64,000 bases of DNA from a bacterium. GTDB taxonomy: Bacteria; Bacteroidota; Bacteroidia; Bacteroidales; UBA932. Shown piece by piece: positions 38,901 to 47,599 of this stretch; the first letter of the stretch is position 1, and each line of letters begins with the position of its first letter. The stretch covers positions 4,737 through 68,736 of the forward strand of contig CAVHYF010000006.1 of NCBI GenBank assembly GCA_963640265.1, given 5' to 3'. The position numbers were made by a program, and so were the translations under genes. The notes under the pieces were generated by a model that saw only the letters and a program-made list of their open reading frames with translations, searched no databases and had not been told where the DNA came from.

Positions 38901-39395
38901 TCAGCGGTTGCTCCCGTCTATTCCCCGGTGCCAGAAGCGCGGGGTAAGGTCTTCAAGGCTGTAACCTCCGGAAGCATCGCGCGTCACACGGTAAAGGCGC
39001 TGGTTGGTCGTCCTCGCATCAAGCGGACCGAGCTTCTCGACATAAGGTCCGACCTTCACATAATCAAAGGCAAGGAACACCTCGTCTTCAACCTTGTCCC
39101 GCCCGGAGTACAACGCAGCCTTCAAGCCAAGCGACCGCACGTGGGCGGCAAGACGAAGGAGCGACTCCTGGTCCCGGCCTTCGCCCAGGAACAGGAAGCA
39201 GTCGATTCCGAAATTGTCGGCCACAAGGCCGTCGATCGTCTCCTCGTCCAGTTCTTCTCCGATGTCCTTCTGCAGAAACGGGGAGTGGCATCCGACGCAA
39301 TTGCCTCGGCAGTTGCTTATTTCAATCGCCAAGGCAAGTCTGTCGGGAATCTCCTCGACGACCACGGAGGTCATCTCAGGGACATATTTGATCAT
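38901..39395 (-). CDS. nrdG: Anaerobic ribonucleotide reductase activating protein
   Basis: Radical SAM CRGNCVGC, LYSG, KVGPY, TTNQR; start overlaps nrdD stop (ATGA). Confidence 0.92.
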   Translation of the reverse strand: MIKYVPEMTSVVVEEIPDRLALAIEISNCRGNCVGCHSPFLQKDIGEELDEETIDGLVADNFGIDCFLFLGEGRDQESLLRLAAHVRSLGLKAALYSGRDKVEDEVFLAFDYVKVGPYVEKLGPLDARTTNQRLYRVTRDASGGYSLEDLTPRFWHRGIDGSNR

Positions 39396-41632
39396 ATTTT
39401 CTGGTTCTCTTCGGCCGGCTGGGTCACAGGACGCTTCGCTTCATCGTGGATGTAGAAGCGATGGCGCGCCTCGACCTGGCGCATCTCGCTGAAAGAAGAC
39501 ACTCTCTTCAGATAGCCTATCACGCGGGTGAGATAGTCAAGATTGTGGCTTCCGCACTTAGGGCAGACCTCAAGCGTGTCCTTGCTGATGTACCCGCAGT
39601 CGTTGCAGACGGTGTTGCGGCAGTTGAACGTGAAATAGTTCGTGCCGTAGTGGGCAGCGGTCTTGAGCAGCTGTCTGTACTGGTCCTTGGAAAGATGTTC
39701 GGCGATGTTCATATGCAGTGCGGAGCCTCCGTCAAGATGCTTGACGTATTCGCTGCCGTGCAGCTTGAACTTGTCTATCATCGAAAGCGACTCGTCCTCC
39801 GGATTGTAGAAGTACGAACTGTACATATTGTGGTTCGGAGAGACGAAGAATCCGTCCTTCTGGTCCCACTTGTAGTTCTTGCCCGAAAGATTCTCGCCCG
39901 GGACGAACTCGGTGTTGAACATTGTTTCCGAGGTCTTGTCCTTCTTGTTGCAGCGGTTGATCGTCTCGAGAATCGTGTCCACGAACTCGTTGTACTCGGG
40001 ATTAGGGCTGATGGTCAGGCCGAGGAACTCGGCGGCGTCGGTCAGGCCGTTCACACCGATGGTCAGGTACTGCCTTCTCATATCGATGAACCCTGCCTGA
40101 TAGACATCGAGCATATGGGCGGCCAGGAAGTCCTTGATGATTTCGTTGAAGGCCTTCTGGTACTTGTGTACCCTTTCGGTCTGCTCGGTGATGGCGGCCT
40201 TGATGTAGGAATAGAGCTGATTCTTGTCATAGTCGGCTCTGGTAAGGGCCTTTCCGCCTTCCAGTGTCTGGCCCTTCCTCTCCAGGAACCAGCGGCGGGT
40301 CGCAAGCTGGATGAGCCTGTTGAGGTTGATCGTCATCACGGACTTGGAGCCTGTCGAAACCGAAGCTGTACCCATCGAGTACTGGTGCGTAGTGTGGTTG
40401 TGCGACTCGTCTATCTTGTCGAGTTCCGTGATGGAATTGCGCAGACGGCAGCAGCTCGCAAGGCTGTCAGGGCTGTCGGACAGATAGCAGAAGAAACTGT
40501 GTCCCTTCGCCCACATCTCCGCCGTGAAGTCGGCATATTCAGTGTCGATGAAATCGTCCTTGCCGTCGGTGAGAAGCGCCATCGTCTCGACCGGGAAGGT
40601 CAGGATGTAATGGTTCCTCTCCTCGTTGAACCAGTTCATGAAATGCTTCTGAAGCCAGGAAAGTGTCTCCCACTTCGGCGCGCTTCCGTCAGGGAAGCGG
40701 AAATCACCGAACACGCCCTTGAAATAGCTCTCGTCGAAATAGCTGATGTTCCAGAAGACCGTCTGGTAGCCGCGGTTGCCCGCAGGCATATTCATAGAAT
40801 GGACGACCTGCTGGAAGTAGTTGTCGATGACCTTCACGAGCGTGCGCTTCTTGGCGTTCATCTCCACCACGTCCTCGAGATGCTCGAGGTAGTCGTCGCC
40901 GTAGTCCTTGCGGATGAAGTAGTCAAGGTACATCAGGAATTCCGGAGTCGCCACGGCTCCCATGAACTGGGAGGAGATCGAATATACCAGATTGATGAAC
41001 TCGCCGCAGAAAGACTTGAGGTCGGTAGGAGCCACGGAGACTCCGCCGAGCTTGATCAGACCGTCCACCAGGAACGGGTACATCGTGATGGCGACGCAGT
41101 ACGGATAGCCCGGCGTACCGCTCTCGTCGTGCTTGTAGAGGACGTGGCTCTCGAGGTCCTTGATGTACTGGCTCGCGAGATTGCGTCCGTACAGGGCCTT
41201 GATCTTGTCCTTCATTATGTAGCGGTTCTGCTTGATGTTGTTCTCCTTGTAGAGTTCCTGGCCGAGCGTCACGATGTTCTTGCGGGTCACGTTGGCGTTG
41301 GCGTCGAACTTCGAGCCGGTGGCGGCGTTGGATGCGGCGATGTAGTCGCGAATGAAGTCCCTCTTCTTGCGGAGGTCGAGACCTGCGTCGAACTTCTCGA
41401 TGTAGGCGATGGCCACCTTCTTGTTGATCGACATCAGGCTTTCCTCTACCTGGCGCCTGATCTCGCGGCTGGTGATCTTGTCGTAAATGTACAAATTCTC
41501 GGCAATCGAGACCACGACGGCCTCCGGACACTCCTCGCCGGCCGTCTTGTAAGCCTCACGGATACCATTCATCAACTTGACCTTGTCGTACTCCTCGTAC
41601 GACCCGTTGGTCTTACGTACCATCACATCCAT
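39392..41632 (-). CDS. nrdD: Class III (anaerobic) ribonucleoside-triphosphate reductase with N-terminal ATP cone
   Basis: ATP cone (VRKTNG..EYD), SCCRL, CNDC/CPKC zinc ribbon, TRVIGYL glycyl-radical motif. Confidence 0.95.
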   Translation of the reverse strand: MDVMVRKTNGSYEEYDKVKLMNGIREAYKTAGEECPEAVVVSIAENLYIYDKITSREIRRQVEESLMSINKKVAIAYIEKFDAGLDLRKKRDFIRDYIAASNAATGSKFDANANVTRKNIVTLGQELYKENNIKQNRYIMKDKIKALYGRNLASQYIKDLESHVLYKHDESGTPGYPYCVAITMYPFLVDGLIKLGGVSVAPTDLKSFCGEFINLVYSISSQFMGAVATPEFLMYLDYFIRKDYGDDYLEHLEDVVEMNAKKRTLVKVIDNYFQQVVHSMNMPAGNRGYQTVFWNISYFDESYFKGVFGDFRFPDGSAPKWETLSWLQKHFMNWFNEERNHYILTFPVETMALLTDGKDDFIDTEYADFTAEMWAKGHSFFCYLSDSPDSLASCCRLRNSITELDKIDESHNHTTHQYSMGTASVSTGSKSVMTINLNRLIQLATRRWFLERKGQTLEGGKALTRADYDKNQLYSYIKAAITEQTERVHKYQKAFNEIIKDFLAAHMLDVYQAGFIDMRRQYLTIGVNGLTDAAEFLGLTISPNPEYNEFVDTILETINRCNKKDKTSETMFNTEFVPGENLSGKNYKWDQKDGFFVSPNHNMYSSYFYNPEDESLSMIDKFKLHGSEYVKHLDGGSALHMNIAEHLSKDQYRQLLKTAAHYGTNYFTFNCRNTVCNDCGYISKDTLEVCPKCGSHNLDYLTRVIGYLKRVSSFSEMRQVEARHRFYIHDEAKRPVTQPAEENQKI

Positions 41633-41735
41633 ATTTCCGTACTATATTGTTATCTAATTTGTTATCTAATAAGATCGAGTAGTTTTCGGTCATTTAAGCC
41701 GGTCCGGACGCTCAGACAGCCCGAACCGACTTTCA

Positions 41736-41743
41736 CAAAGTTA
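41736..41743 (-). promoter_or_regulatory. -7 promoter element for nrdDG
   Basis: TAACTTTG followed by a 14-bp 5' hairpin (41696-41732). Confidence 0.65.
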
Positions 41744-41841
41744 GCAGATAATTCCGCCTGCAAGGCAAATTAATCGCCAAAGTTATCAACAACCGGGTAA
41801 CTTAATTGTTAATATCCCCGGCGGAAACATTCACGCCAGCC

Positions 41842-43176
41842 TTACATCAGGATGTAGCGGAGCAGGAAGAGAACCGCGAGCACCCACATCGTGACGCTGA
41901 TTTTCTTGAATTTCCCGCCTATCGCGTTGATGACAACGTAAGAAATCATACCGAGAAGGATGCCGTGGGCGATGCTGTAGGACAGCGGCATCATCACAGC
42001 GGTGATGAAAGCCGGAATCGCCTCGGAGTAGTCGCTCCAGTCAATGTTGCCTACAGGACTCATCATCATAACACCCACGATCACAAGCACGGCACCCGTA
42101 GCGGCGCTCGGGATGGCAAGGAATATCGGCGAGAAGAGAAGGGCGATGGCGAAGCAGGCTGCGATCACAAAGGAAGTGAGACCTGTACGGCCGCCTTCTG
42201 CGACACCGGAAGCGCTCTCGATGTAAGTCGTGGTGGTGGAAGTACCGAAGCAGGCGCCTGCTGTGGTGGCGACTGCGTCAGCCATAAGAATCTTGCTGAT
42301 TCCGTCCACGTGGCCTTCCTTGTCAATCATCCCTGACTTCACGGACACGCCCACAACCGTACCGATCGTGTCGAACATGTCGATGAAGAGGAATGTGAAC
42401 ACTACCACAAGCATATCCCAGGAAAGGACCTGGCTCCACTCGAACTGGCAGAAGATCGGAGCGATGGATTCCGGCAGGGCGACCACTCCGGTGAACTTGG
42501 TGATTCCGAAAGGAATGCCGATGATGGCAGTTGCAAGCATACCGATGAGGATGCCGCCTTTCACCTTGAGGACCACAAGTGCGGAAGTCAGGATCAGACC
42601 GATGATGAAGAGGATGCTGGTGTTGCTCTTGAGGTCGCCGAGGTTGACGAGGGTGGAACCGTTGTCAACGATGATGCCGGCATTCTGCAGGCCGATGAAG
42701 GCGATGTACAGGCCGATACCGGCTCCGATGGCATTCTTTAGCGTGGCAGGGATAGCATCGACAATCATCTCGCGGACCTTGGTGGCGGAGAGTATTATGA
42801 ATATCACACCTTCGATGAGGATGGCCGTGAGCGCGAACTGCCAGCTGTAGCCCATACCTAGGCAGACGGTGAACACGAAGAACGCGTTCAGGCCCATTCC
42901 CGGAGCCAGACCGAAAGGCTTCTTGGCGTAGAGGGACATCGCGAGAGTACCGACTATGGCCGCAAGAGCCGTAGCCGTGAACACCGGACCGTTCGGCATG
43001 TCCTGAAGAGCGGAGAATATGCCTGGGTTTACGGCCAGGATGTAGGCCATCGTAAGGAATGTGGTCACACCTGCGACTATCTCGGTGCGGACGCTGTGCG
43101 TCTGAGGGTCGAAACCGAAGAGCTTTGAGAGCCAGCTGCTCTTTCCGGCAGGAGTCTGAGTCTTTGTTGCTTCCAT
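41842..43176 (-). CDS. NCS2/AzgA-like purine (adenine/guanine/hypoxanthine) permease
   Basis: TTFLTMAYILAVNP, APGMGLNAFF, DMFDTIGT, YIESASGVAEGGRTGL. Confidence 0.93.
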   Translation of the reverse strand: MEATKTQTPAGKSSWLSKLFGFDPQTHSVRTEIVAGVTTFLTMAYILAVNPGIFSALQDMPNGPVFTATALAAIVGTLAMSLYAKKPFGLAPGMGLNAFFVFTVCLGMGYSWQFALTAILIEGVIFIILSATKVREMIVDAIPATLKNAIGAGIGLYIAFIGLQNAGIIVDNGSTLVNLGDLKSNTSILFIIGLILTSALVVLKVKGGILIGMLATAIIGIPFGITKFTGVVALPESIAPIFCQFEWSQVLSWDMLVVVFTFLFIDMFDTIGTVVGVSVKSGMIDKEGHVDGISKILMADAVATTAGACFGTSTTTTYIESASGVAEGGRTGLTSFVIAACFAIALLFSPIFLAIPSAATGAVLVIVGVMMMSPVGNIDWSDYSEAIPAFITAVMMPLSYSIAHGILLGMISYVVINAIGGKFKKISVTMWVLAVLFLLRYILM

Positions 43177-43203
43177 TTTCTTTTATTTTTGATGTTCAAG
43201 ACT

Positions 43204-43956
43204 CTAGAAAACCCATTTTGTACCGAGGCAAGGACGGCAGTAGAAACCGCTGAAGCCTGCGAAGTTGTAGCTGAGCTCGATTTCAGTGCCGATGTGGAGG
43301 TTGTCAACTCCGAAAGCCTTGCCGATGTTGTACCAGAGCTGCGGCTCGGAGAGGAAGATGAACTTGCCTTCCTTGTCGCTGACAGGGTTGCCGGCCGCGA
43401 CATCGCCGTACCAGTACTTGGTGTTCTCTCCCCAGAGGTCGGCGAATCCGCTGAAGGTCAAGCCTTCAAGACCGAAGAGATTCTTCATTCCCCAGACAAA
43501 GGTGAACTGAAGAGGGACATCGCTGGAAGCTCCGTTGTTGAAAGTCTTGTACATAAGCTCGAACGTGAAAGTGTTCGTAAAATCAGCGTTGTGCACAAAA
43601 TAGTTGACGCCGAAGAGGAAGTTCTGATTGCCGAAGCCGACTCCGCCGTTGTACTCGACGTGGGCGCTGAGATCCTTCAGAGCAGAATTCTTCCAGAAAT
43701 TGAGTCCGCGGGCAATCTCGAAGTAGCTTCCGCTCACCCCCGCGAACTTGTCGTCCGAGCTCTTGGTGTTGTAGTCATAGTCGATGAAGAAGAATGTGTC
43801 TCCCCATTTGTCTCCGTAGTAACCTTCGAGAGTGGTGGTCACGTGTTTACGATTCTTGCCGAAATCGTAGAAAGTCTGGAAATTTGTCTGAGCCTCCGCA
43901 CAAAAGGAGAAGGCAAGCGCTGCGACTGCAACGGCAATGAAAGCTTTGTTTGACAT
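43204..43956 (-). CDS. DUF5020 family outer-membrane protein (possibly Tsx-like channel)
   Basis: Signal peptide, NFQTFYDFG, DKWGDTFFFIDYD, FSGFADLW, SEPQLWY, C-terminal KWVF. Confidence 0.8.
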   Translation of the reverse strand: MSNKAFIAVAVAALAFSFCAEAQTNFQTFYDFGKNRKHVTTTLEGYYGDKWGDTFFFIDYDYNTKSSDDKFAGVSGSYFEIARGLNFWKNSALKDLSAHVEYNGGVGFGNQNFLFGVNYFVHNADFTNTFTFELMYKTFNNGASSDVPLQFTFVWGMKNLFGLEGLTFSGFADLWGENTKYWYGDVAAGNPVSDKEGKFIFLSEPQLWYNIGKAFGVDNLHIGTEIELSYNFAGFSGFYCRPCLGTKWVF

Positions 43957-43996
43957 AAATATTAAGGAATTTGAAATGTTCCCGAAAATTAAAGTC

Positions 43997-44035
43997 CAAA
44001 TTTAACTCTATTATTCCGGAAAGTGCATAACTTTG
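43997..44035. promoter_or_regulatory. Divergent promoters for DUF5020-NCS2 (-) and apt (+)
   Basis: TAAATTTG on - at 43997-44004; TAACTTTG on + at 44028-44035. Confidence 0.65.
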
Positions 44036-44078
44036 CCACAAATAATCCATAAAATAATCCACAAAGTTTTCAACAGCC

Positions 44079-44645
44079 ATGTTTGAAGATACCCTGAAAT
44101 TCTATCAAGACTTCCCGAAAGTGGGAATCAAATTCGTCGACATCATGCCTTACCTTCAGGACAGGAAGATATTCACGGAACTTATCGGAGAGGTAAGCAG
44201 ACTCGTCACCGCGCCTTCCGTCGCAGCTCCCGAAGCCAGAGCCTTCCTGTTCTGCGCACCGCTGCTGCTCACCGGCAGCAACGTCACGAACGTCATCCCG
44301 TTCCGCAAGAAAGGCAAGCTGCCGTTTGCGGGGGACGATCTTCAGAGCATAGAGATAACCAAGGAATATGGTCTCGACAATCTTTACTTCCGCAAATCGG
44401 ACATTGCGGCCGGAAAGGCCGAGAACGGTGTGTTCAGAATTTCAATCATCGATGATGTACTGGCCACCGGAGGCACGGCCAAAGGGATAGCGAAAGCCCT
44501 TGCGGCCACAAAAATCAACGTTGACGGCAAGGAATACGGCGTGGAAGTCGCCGAGTTCATATTCATTGCCGAACTTGACGGACTTTACGGGCGCACCAGA
44601 CTTGAGAAGATCGCTCCGGTGCACTCGATAGCGCACATAAAGTAA
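44079..44645 (+). CDS. apt: Adenine phosphoribosyltransferase
   Basis: DFPKVGIKFVDI, EARAFLF, RKKGKLP, EYG, IIDDVLATGGT. Confidence 0.88.
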   Translation: MFEDTLKFYQDFPKVGIKFVDIMPYLQDRKIFTELIGEVSRLVTAPSVAAPEARAFLFCAPLLLTGSNVTNVIPFRKKGKLPFAGDDLQSIEITKEYGLDNLYFRKSDIAAGKAENGVFRISIIDDVLATGGTAKGIAKALAATKINVDGKEYGVEVAEFIFIAELDGLYGRTRLEKIAPVHSIAHIK

Positions 44646-44654
44646 AGCAGAAAA

Positions 44655-45596
44655 TCAGAGCTGCCACCCGGCCGATTCCTCGGCGATGTTGGCGGCCATA
44701 GCGTCTATGAGCCTGGCTCCCGCCTCCTTGCTTGCCCAAGCGATGTGCGGAGTCAGGCTTAACCTGTTCTGTCTCTTGACCTTCAGAAGAGGATGGTCAA
44801 TCGGCAGCGGTTCCGCGGAGTAAACATCCAGTCCGGCCCCGGCGATGACACCCTCGTCGATGACTTCAGCCAAGGCGGCGTCGTCTATGATTCCGCCGCG
44901 GCCGGCATTGACGATGATGGCCGCAGGCTTCATCATCCGCAGTTCCTTCTCCCCCACCAGTCCGGCGGTGCGTTCGTTGTAAGGCGCATTGACCGAGATG
45001 ACGTCCGACTCGGACATAAGCCTTTCCAGCGGAACGCAAGGGTACTCGGTGCAGTGGCCGGTTCCTGACGTGGAATAGTATATCACCTTCATTCCGAACG
45101 CTTCGCCGATGTGCGCCACCTTCGAGCCGATGGCTCCCATTCCGATGATTCCCAAGGTCTTGCCGTCAATCTCAGTAAAAAGTTCAGAGTATTCGGCCAG
45201 CATACCCGTCCGGGAATAGCGGCCGCTTTTCACCACGTCGTCGAAATACTTCCCGTTCCCCATCAGATTGAGGATGTGCATGAACGTCTGCTGGGCCACG
45301 GAACAGGTCGAGTAGCCGGCGACGTTCCTGACCGCGATTCCCCGCCTGGAGCAGGCATCGACGTCTATGTTGTTGATGCCTGTGCCGGCCTCGCAGACCA
45401 GCCGCACTTTCGGTGCGGCGGCGAGAAGTTCCTCCGTAACCCTCACTTTGTTCACGATCAGCACTTCGCAGTCTCCTGCCCGTTCAATAGCCTGTTCCGG
45501 GGTGGAGTTGTACCAGGCCGTAAGTTCGCCCAGCCTTGCAATGGGATCGAGAGGAGTCGTCCCCATCGATGCCGCGTCCAGAAACACAATCTTCAT
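44655..45596 (-). CDS. D-2-hydroxyacid dehydrogenase (glycerate dehydrogenase-like)
   Basis: NVAGYS, GIIGMGAIG, NAGRG, LDVYSAEP, TPHIAWAS. Confidence 0.92.
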   Translation of the reverse strand: MKIVFLDAASMGTTPLDPIARLGELTAWYNSTPEQAIERAGDCEVLIVNKVRVTEELLAAAPKVRLVCEAGTGINNIDVDACSRRGIAVRNVAGYSTCSVAQQTFMHILNLMGNGKYFDDVVKSGRYSRTGMLAEYSELFTEIDGKTLGIIGMGAIGSKVAHIGEAFGMKVIYYSTSGTGHCTEYPCVPLERLMSESDVISVNAPYNERTAGLVGEKELRMMKPAAIIVNAGRGGIIDDAALAEVIDEGVIAGAGLDVYSAEPLPIDHPLLKVKRQNRLSLTPHIAWASKEAGARLIDAMAANIAEESAGWQL

Positions 45597-45634
45597 TTCC
45601 CTATACGATTGATTCAGGCCGCTAAGTTACGAAT

Positions 45635-45671
45635 AAAAAAGAAGAAGACCGGGATTCCGGTCTCCTTCTTC
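45635..45671 (-). terminator. Terminator after tRNA-Leu
   Basis: Minus strand GAAGGAGACCGGAATCCCGGTCTTCTTC followed by T6. Confidence 0.8.
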
Positions 45672-45672
45672 G

Positions 45673-45755
45673 TGCGCGAGATGAGAGTCGAACTCACACG
45701 TCGCAATTGACACTAGCTCCTGAAACTAGCGCGTCTACCATTTCGCCACCCGCGC
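45673..45755 (-). tRNA. tRNA-Leu(CAG)
   Basis: Minus strand GCGCGGG/CTCGCGC acceptor, CTAGT-TTCAGGA-GCTAG anticodon arm, long variable arm; promoter TATATTTG at 45769-45776. Confidence 0.95.
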
Positions 45756-45867
45756 TTGGATTGGACTGCAAATATACTATTTATTTACGAATATGCAAAA
45801 AAATCAACGGGTGGCCCGGCAGCTTTGTCCGGCAGAGCGGACATCTCCCCTGCCGCGTACTGCCAGT

Positions 45868-47454
45868 CTATTCCTTGGAATACTTGGTGAACGTCTTCTT
45901 GATAAGGCTGGATTTGGTTGGAGAGGTCTCAAGCAGAGCCGCCTGGAGCTTGTCAATGTCCGTCACATAGGCATTCAGGGCAGCGCAGATGTCCGAGCGC
46001 TGCACGCCGCCGGTTTCGAGGTCGACAAGAATCTGCGGTTTGAACCAGTAGGAATAGCCTGAGCAAGGGTTCTTTCCGTACCTTCCCTTGTAAAGCATAT
46101 TCTCCATATAGTAGCCCCACATCTCGCCGACTTCGCAGTAACCGGCATTGTCTCCGTTCCCGGTGCCGTAGCACTCGGCCGTGTTGATGAAGGAGGTGAT
46201 GATGTAGGTGGCATACTTGTGCCAGTAGTCGGTGCCGACCTTTGCGAAATGCGTCGCGTGCGCCATCTCGTGCACGGTGTCGGAGTAGAGTTCAGAGTAT
46301 TTCCCCGTCTTTCCCTTTGAACCGATCGTAATGTCAGGAGCGAATAGTCTGACGATAGTGGAGTACACCCCGAGATACTTGCCGACAAGCTTGTTGTCAA
46401 GGAATGTTCCGTGGTGCATCATCAGGGTGCAGGACGGTTTGAGGATGTTCAGAATCCAGAACCTGATGTTGGAAGGAGGAAGGGTGACTCCCTTTTTCTG
46501 ACAGTCGGCGATGTAGTCATAGGCCGCGTTGTTCACGACGCACCGCCTGTACAGCGTACCGTCCGAATTCTTGTCGACAGCCACATCGATTCCGGTGGCC
46601 GGGCCCTTGCCTATCGTGGAGACGGAGGCGGGAACCAGGACAAGATTAAAGCCGATGGAGAACCCCGCCTTGTTCTTGAAGCAGAGTCTGTAGCGAGGTT
46701 TTGCCGAGAACTTCGTCGAGAATTCATAGTTGCCGTCCGCGTCGGTGTACGTGGTGGCTATCTTCACGAACACGTTGGCAACCATCTTCACGCCTGCGAC
46801 TCCGACAGCCTTGCCTCCCGAAAGGTTGTCATCCACGATCGTCACCTTGCCGGACGGCTTGGACTTGGCCCTGGTGGAAGGTTCAAGCATCGCGGTGTTG
46901 CCGGTAAGTTCGAAAGCTTTAGCCTCAACGGCCGACCAGTCCACGTCTTCCGGGCCCCTTGTCTCCAGATTGTCGGCTCTCGGAATGTAACATTCATCAA
47001 TCACTTCGTACTGGATGTCGTCAGGGAATTCGAAATCATACTTCACCACGGCGTACTGCCAGGTGATTTCGTCCTCCGGAATCGAAGGGTCGTGGTACCA
47101 GTCTCCGTCTTCGAGCACTTCCTGGTCAAGAGGATGGTCGAAGAGTTCGATCCCCGTTTCAGCCAGTTTCACGTACTCTTCGCCGCTTTTCGGCAGAAAT
47201 CTGACATATTTGTCCGTGACGCGCACAAGTTCGGTGAAGGACCTCGTCGGATAGACGGCGGACAGCGCCTCCTTCACATTCTCTACGGAATACGGATTCT
47301 TGAGCTTGCGGCCAAGCCTCATACTTTCGTGGCCGACGATTTCAGTCATCCCGCCTCCCGTGCTGACAGGGTCGGCCTCAACCAGAGCGCCTCCCTCTTT
47401 GCTGCAGGATGCCAGCACAAGCACCGGCAGCATCATCTTGAAGAACCATTTCAT
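45868..47454 (-). CDS. Lipoprotein, putative zinc metallopeptidase
   Basis: Lipobox LASC; YTDADGNY beta module; HEMAHATH with downstream GEMWG. Confidence 0.7.
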   Translation of the reverse strand: MKWFFKMMLPVLVLASCSKEGGALVEADPVSTGGGMTEIVGHESMRLGRKLKNPYSVENVKEALSAVYPTRSFTELVRVTDKYVRFLPKSGEEYVKLAETGIELFDHPLDQEVLEDGDWYHDPSIPEDEITWQYAVVKYDFEFPDDIQYEVIDECYIPRADNLETRGPEDVDWSAVEAKAFELTGNTAMLEPSTRAKSKPSGKVTIVDDNLSGGKAVGVAGVKMVANVFVKIATTYTDADGNYEFSTKFSAKPRYRLCFKNKAGFSIGFNLVLVPASVSTIGKGPATGIDVAVDKNSDGTLYRRCVVNNAAYDYIADCQKKGVTLPPSNIRFWILNILKPSCTLMMHHGTFLDNKLVGKYLGVYSTIVRLFAPDITIGSKGKTGKYSELYSDTVHEMAHATHFAKVGTDYWHKYATYIITSFINTAECYGTGNGDNAGYCEVGEMWGYYMENMLYKGRYGKNPCSGYSYWFKPQILVDLETGGVQRSDICAALNAYVTDIDKLQAALLETSPTKSSLIKKTFTKYSKE

Positions 47455-47599
47455 AATTCAGTAAGTTTTAATTGACAGGGGCAAAGTTACCGGCAGACAT
47501 CCGTAGGTTGAAATGTTCAACGGTTAAGTTTGAAAACGGCCTCTCTTGGCTATGTGGGCGCGAATATTTATCTTTGCAACTTCTAAAAACAACGCAAAA

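Noticed and set aside
41640..41655. NrdR-box-like sequence before nrdD
   Set aside because: Poor match to the 16-bp palindrome and not in tandem
39446..41773. 775-aa ORF antisense to nrdD
   Set aside because: Shadow ORF from high-GC3 codon bias; V/L/D/E/H-rich, no motifs
41761..44078. oriC suggested by DnaA-box-like motifs
   Set aside because: Spacers are short, boxes few and degenerate, no clear unwinding element or origin-linked genes
43957..44078. Purine riboswitch upstream of DUF5020-NCS2
   Set aside because: Leader only about 35 nt and lacks the conserved three-way-junction sequence
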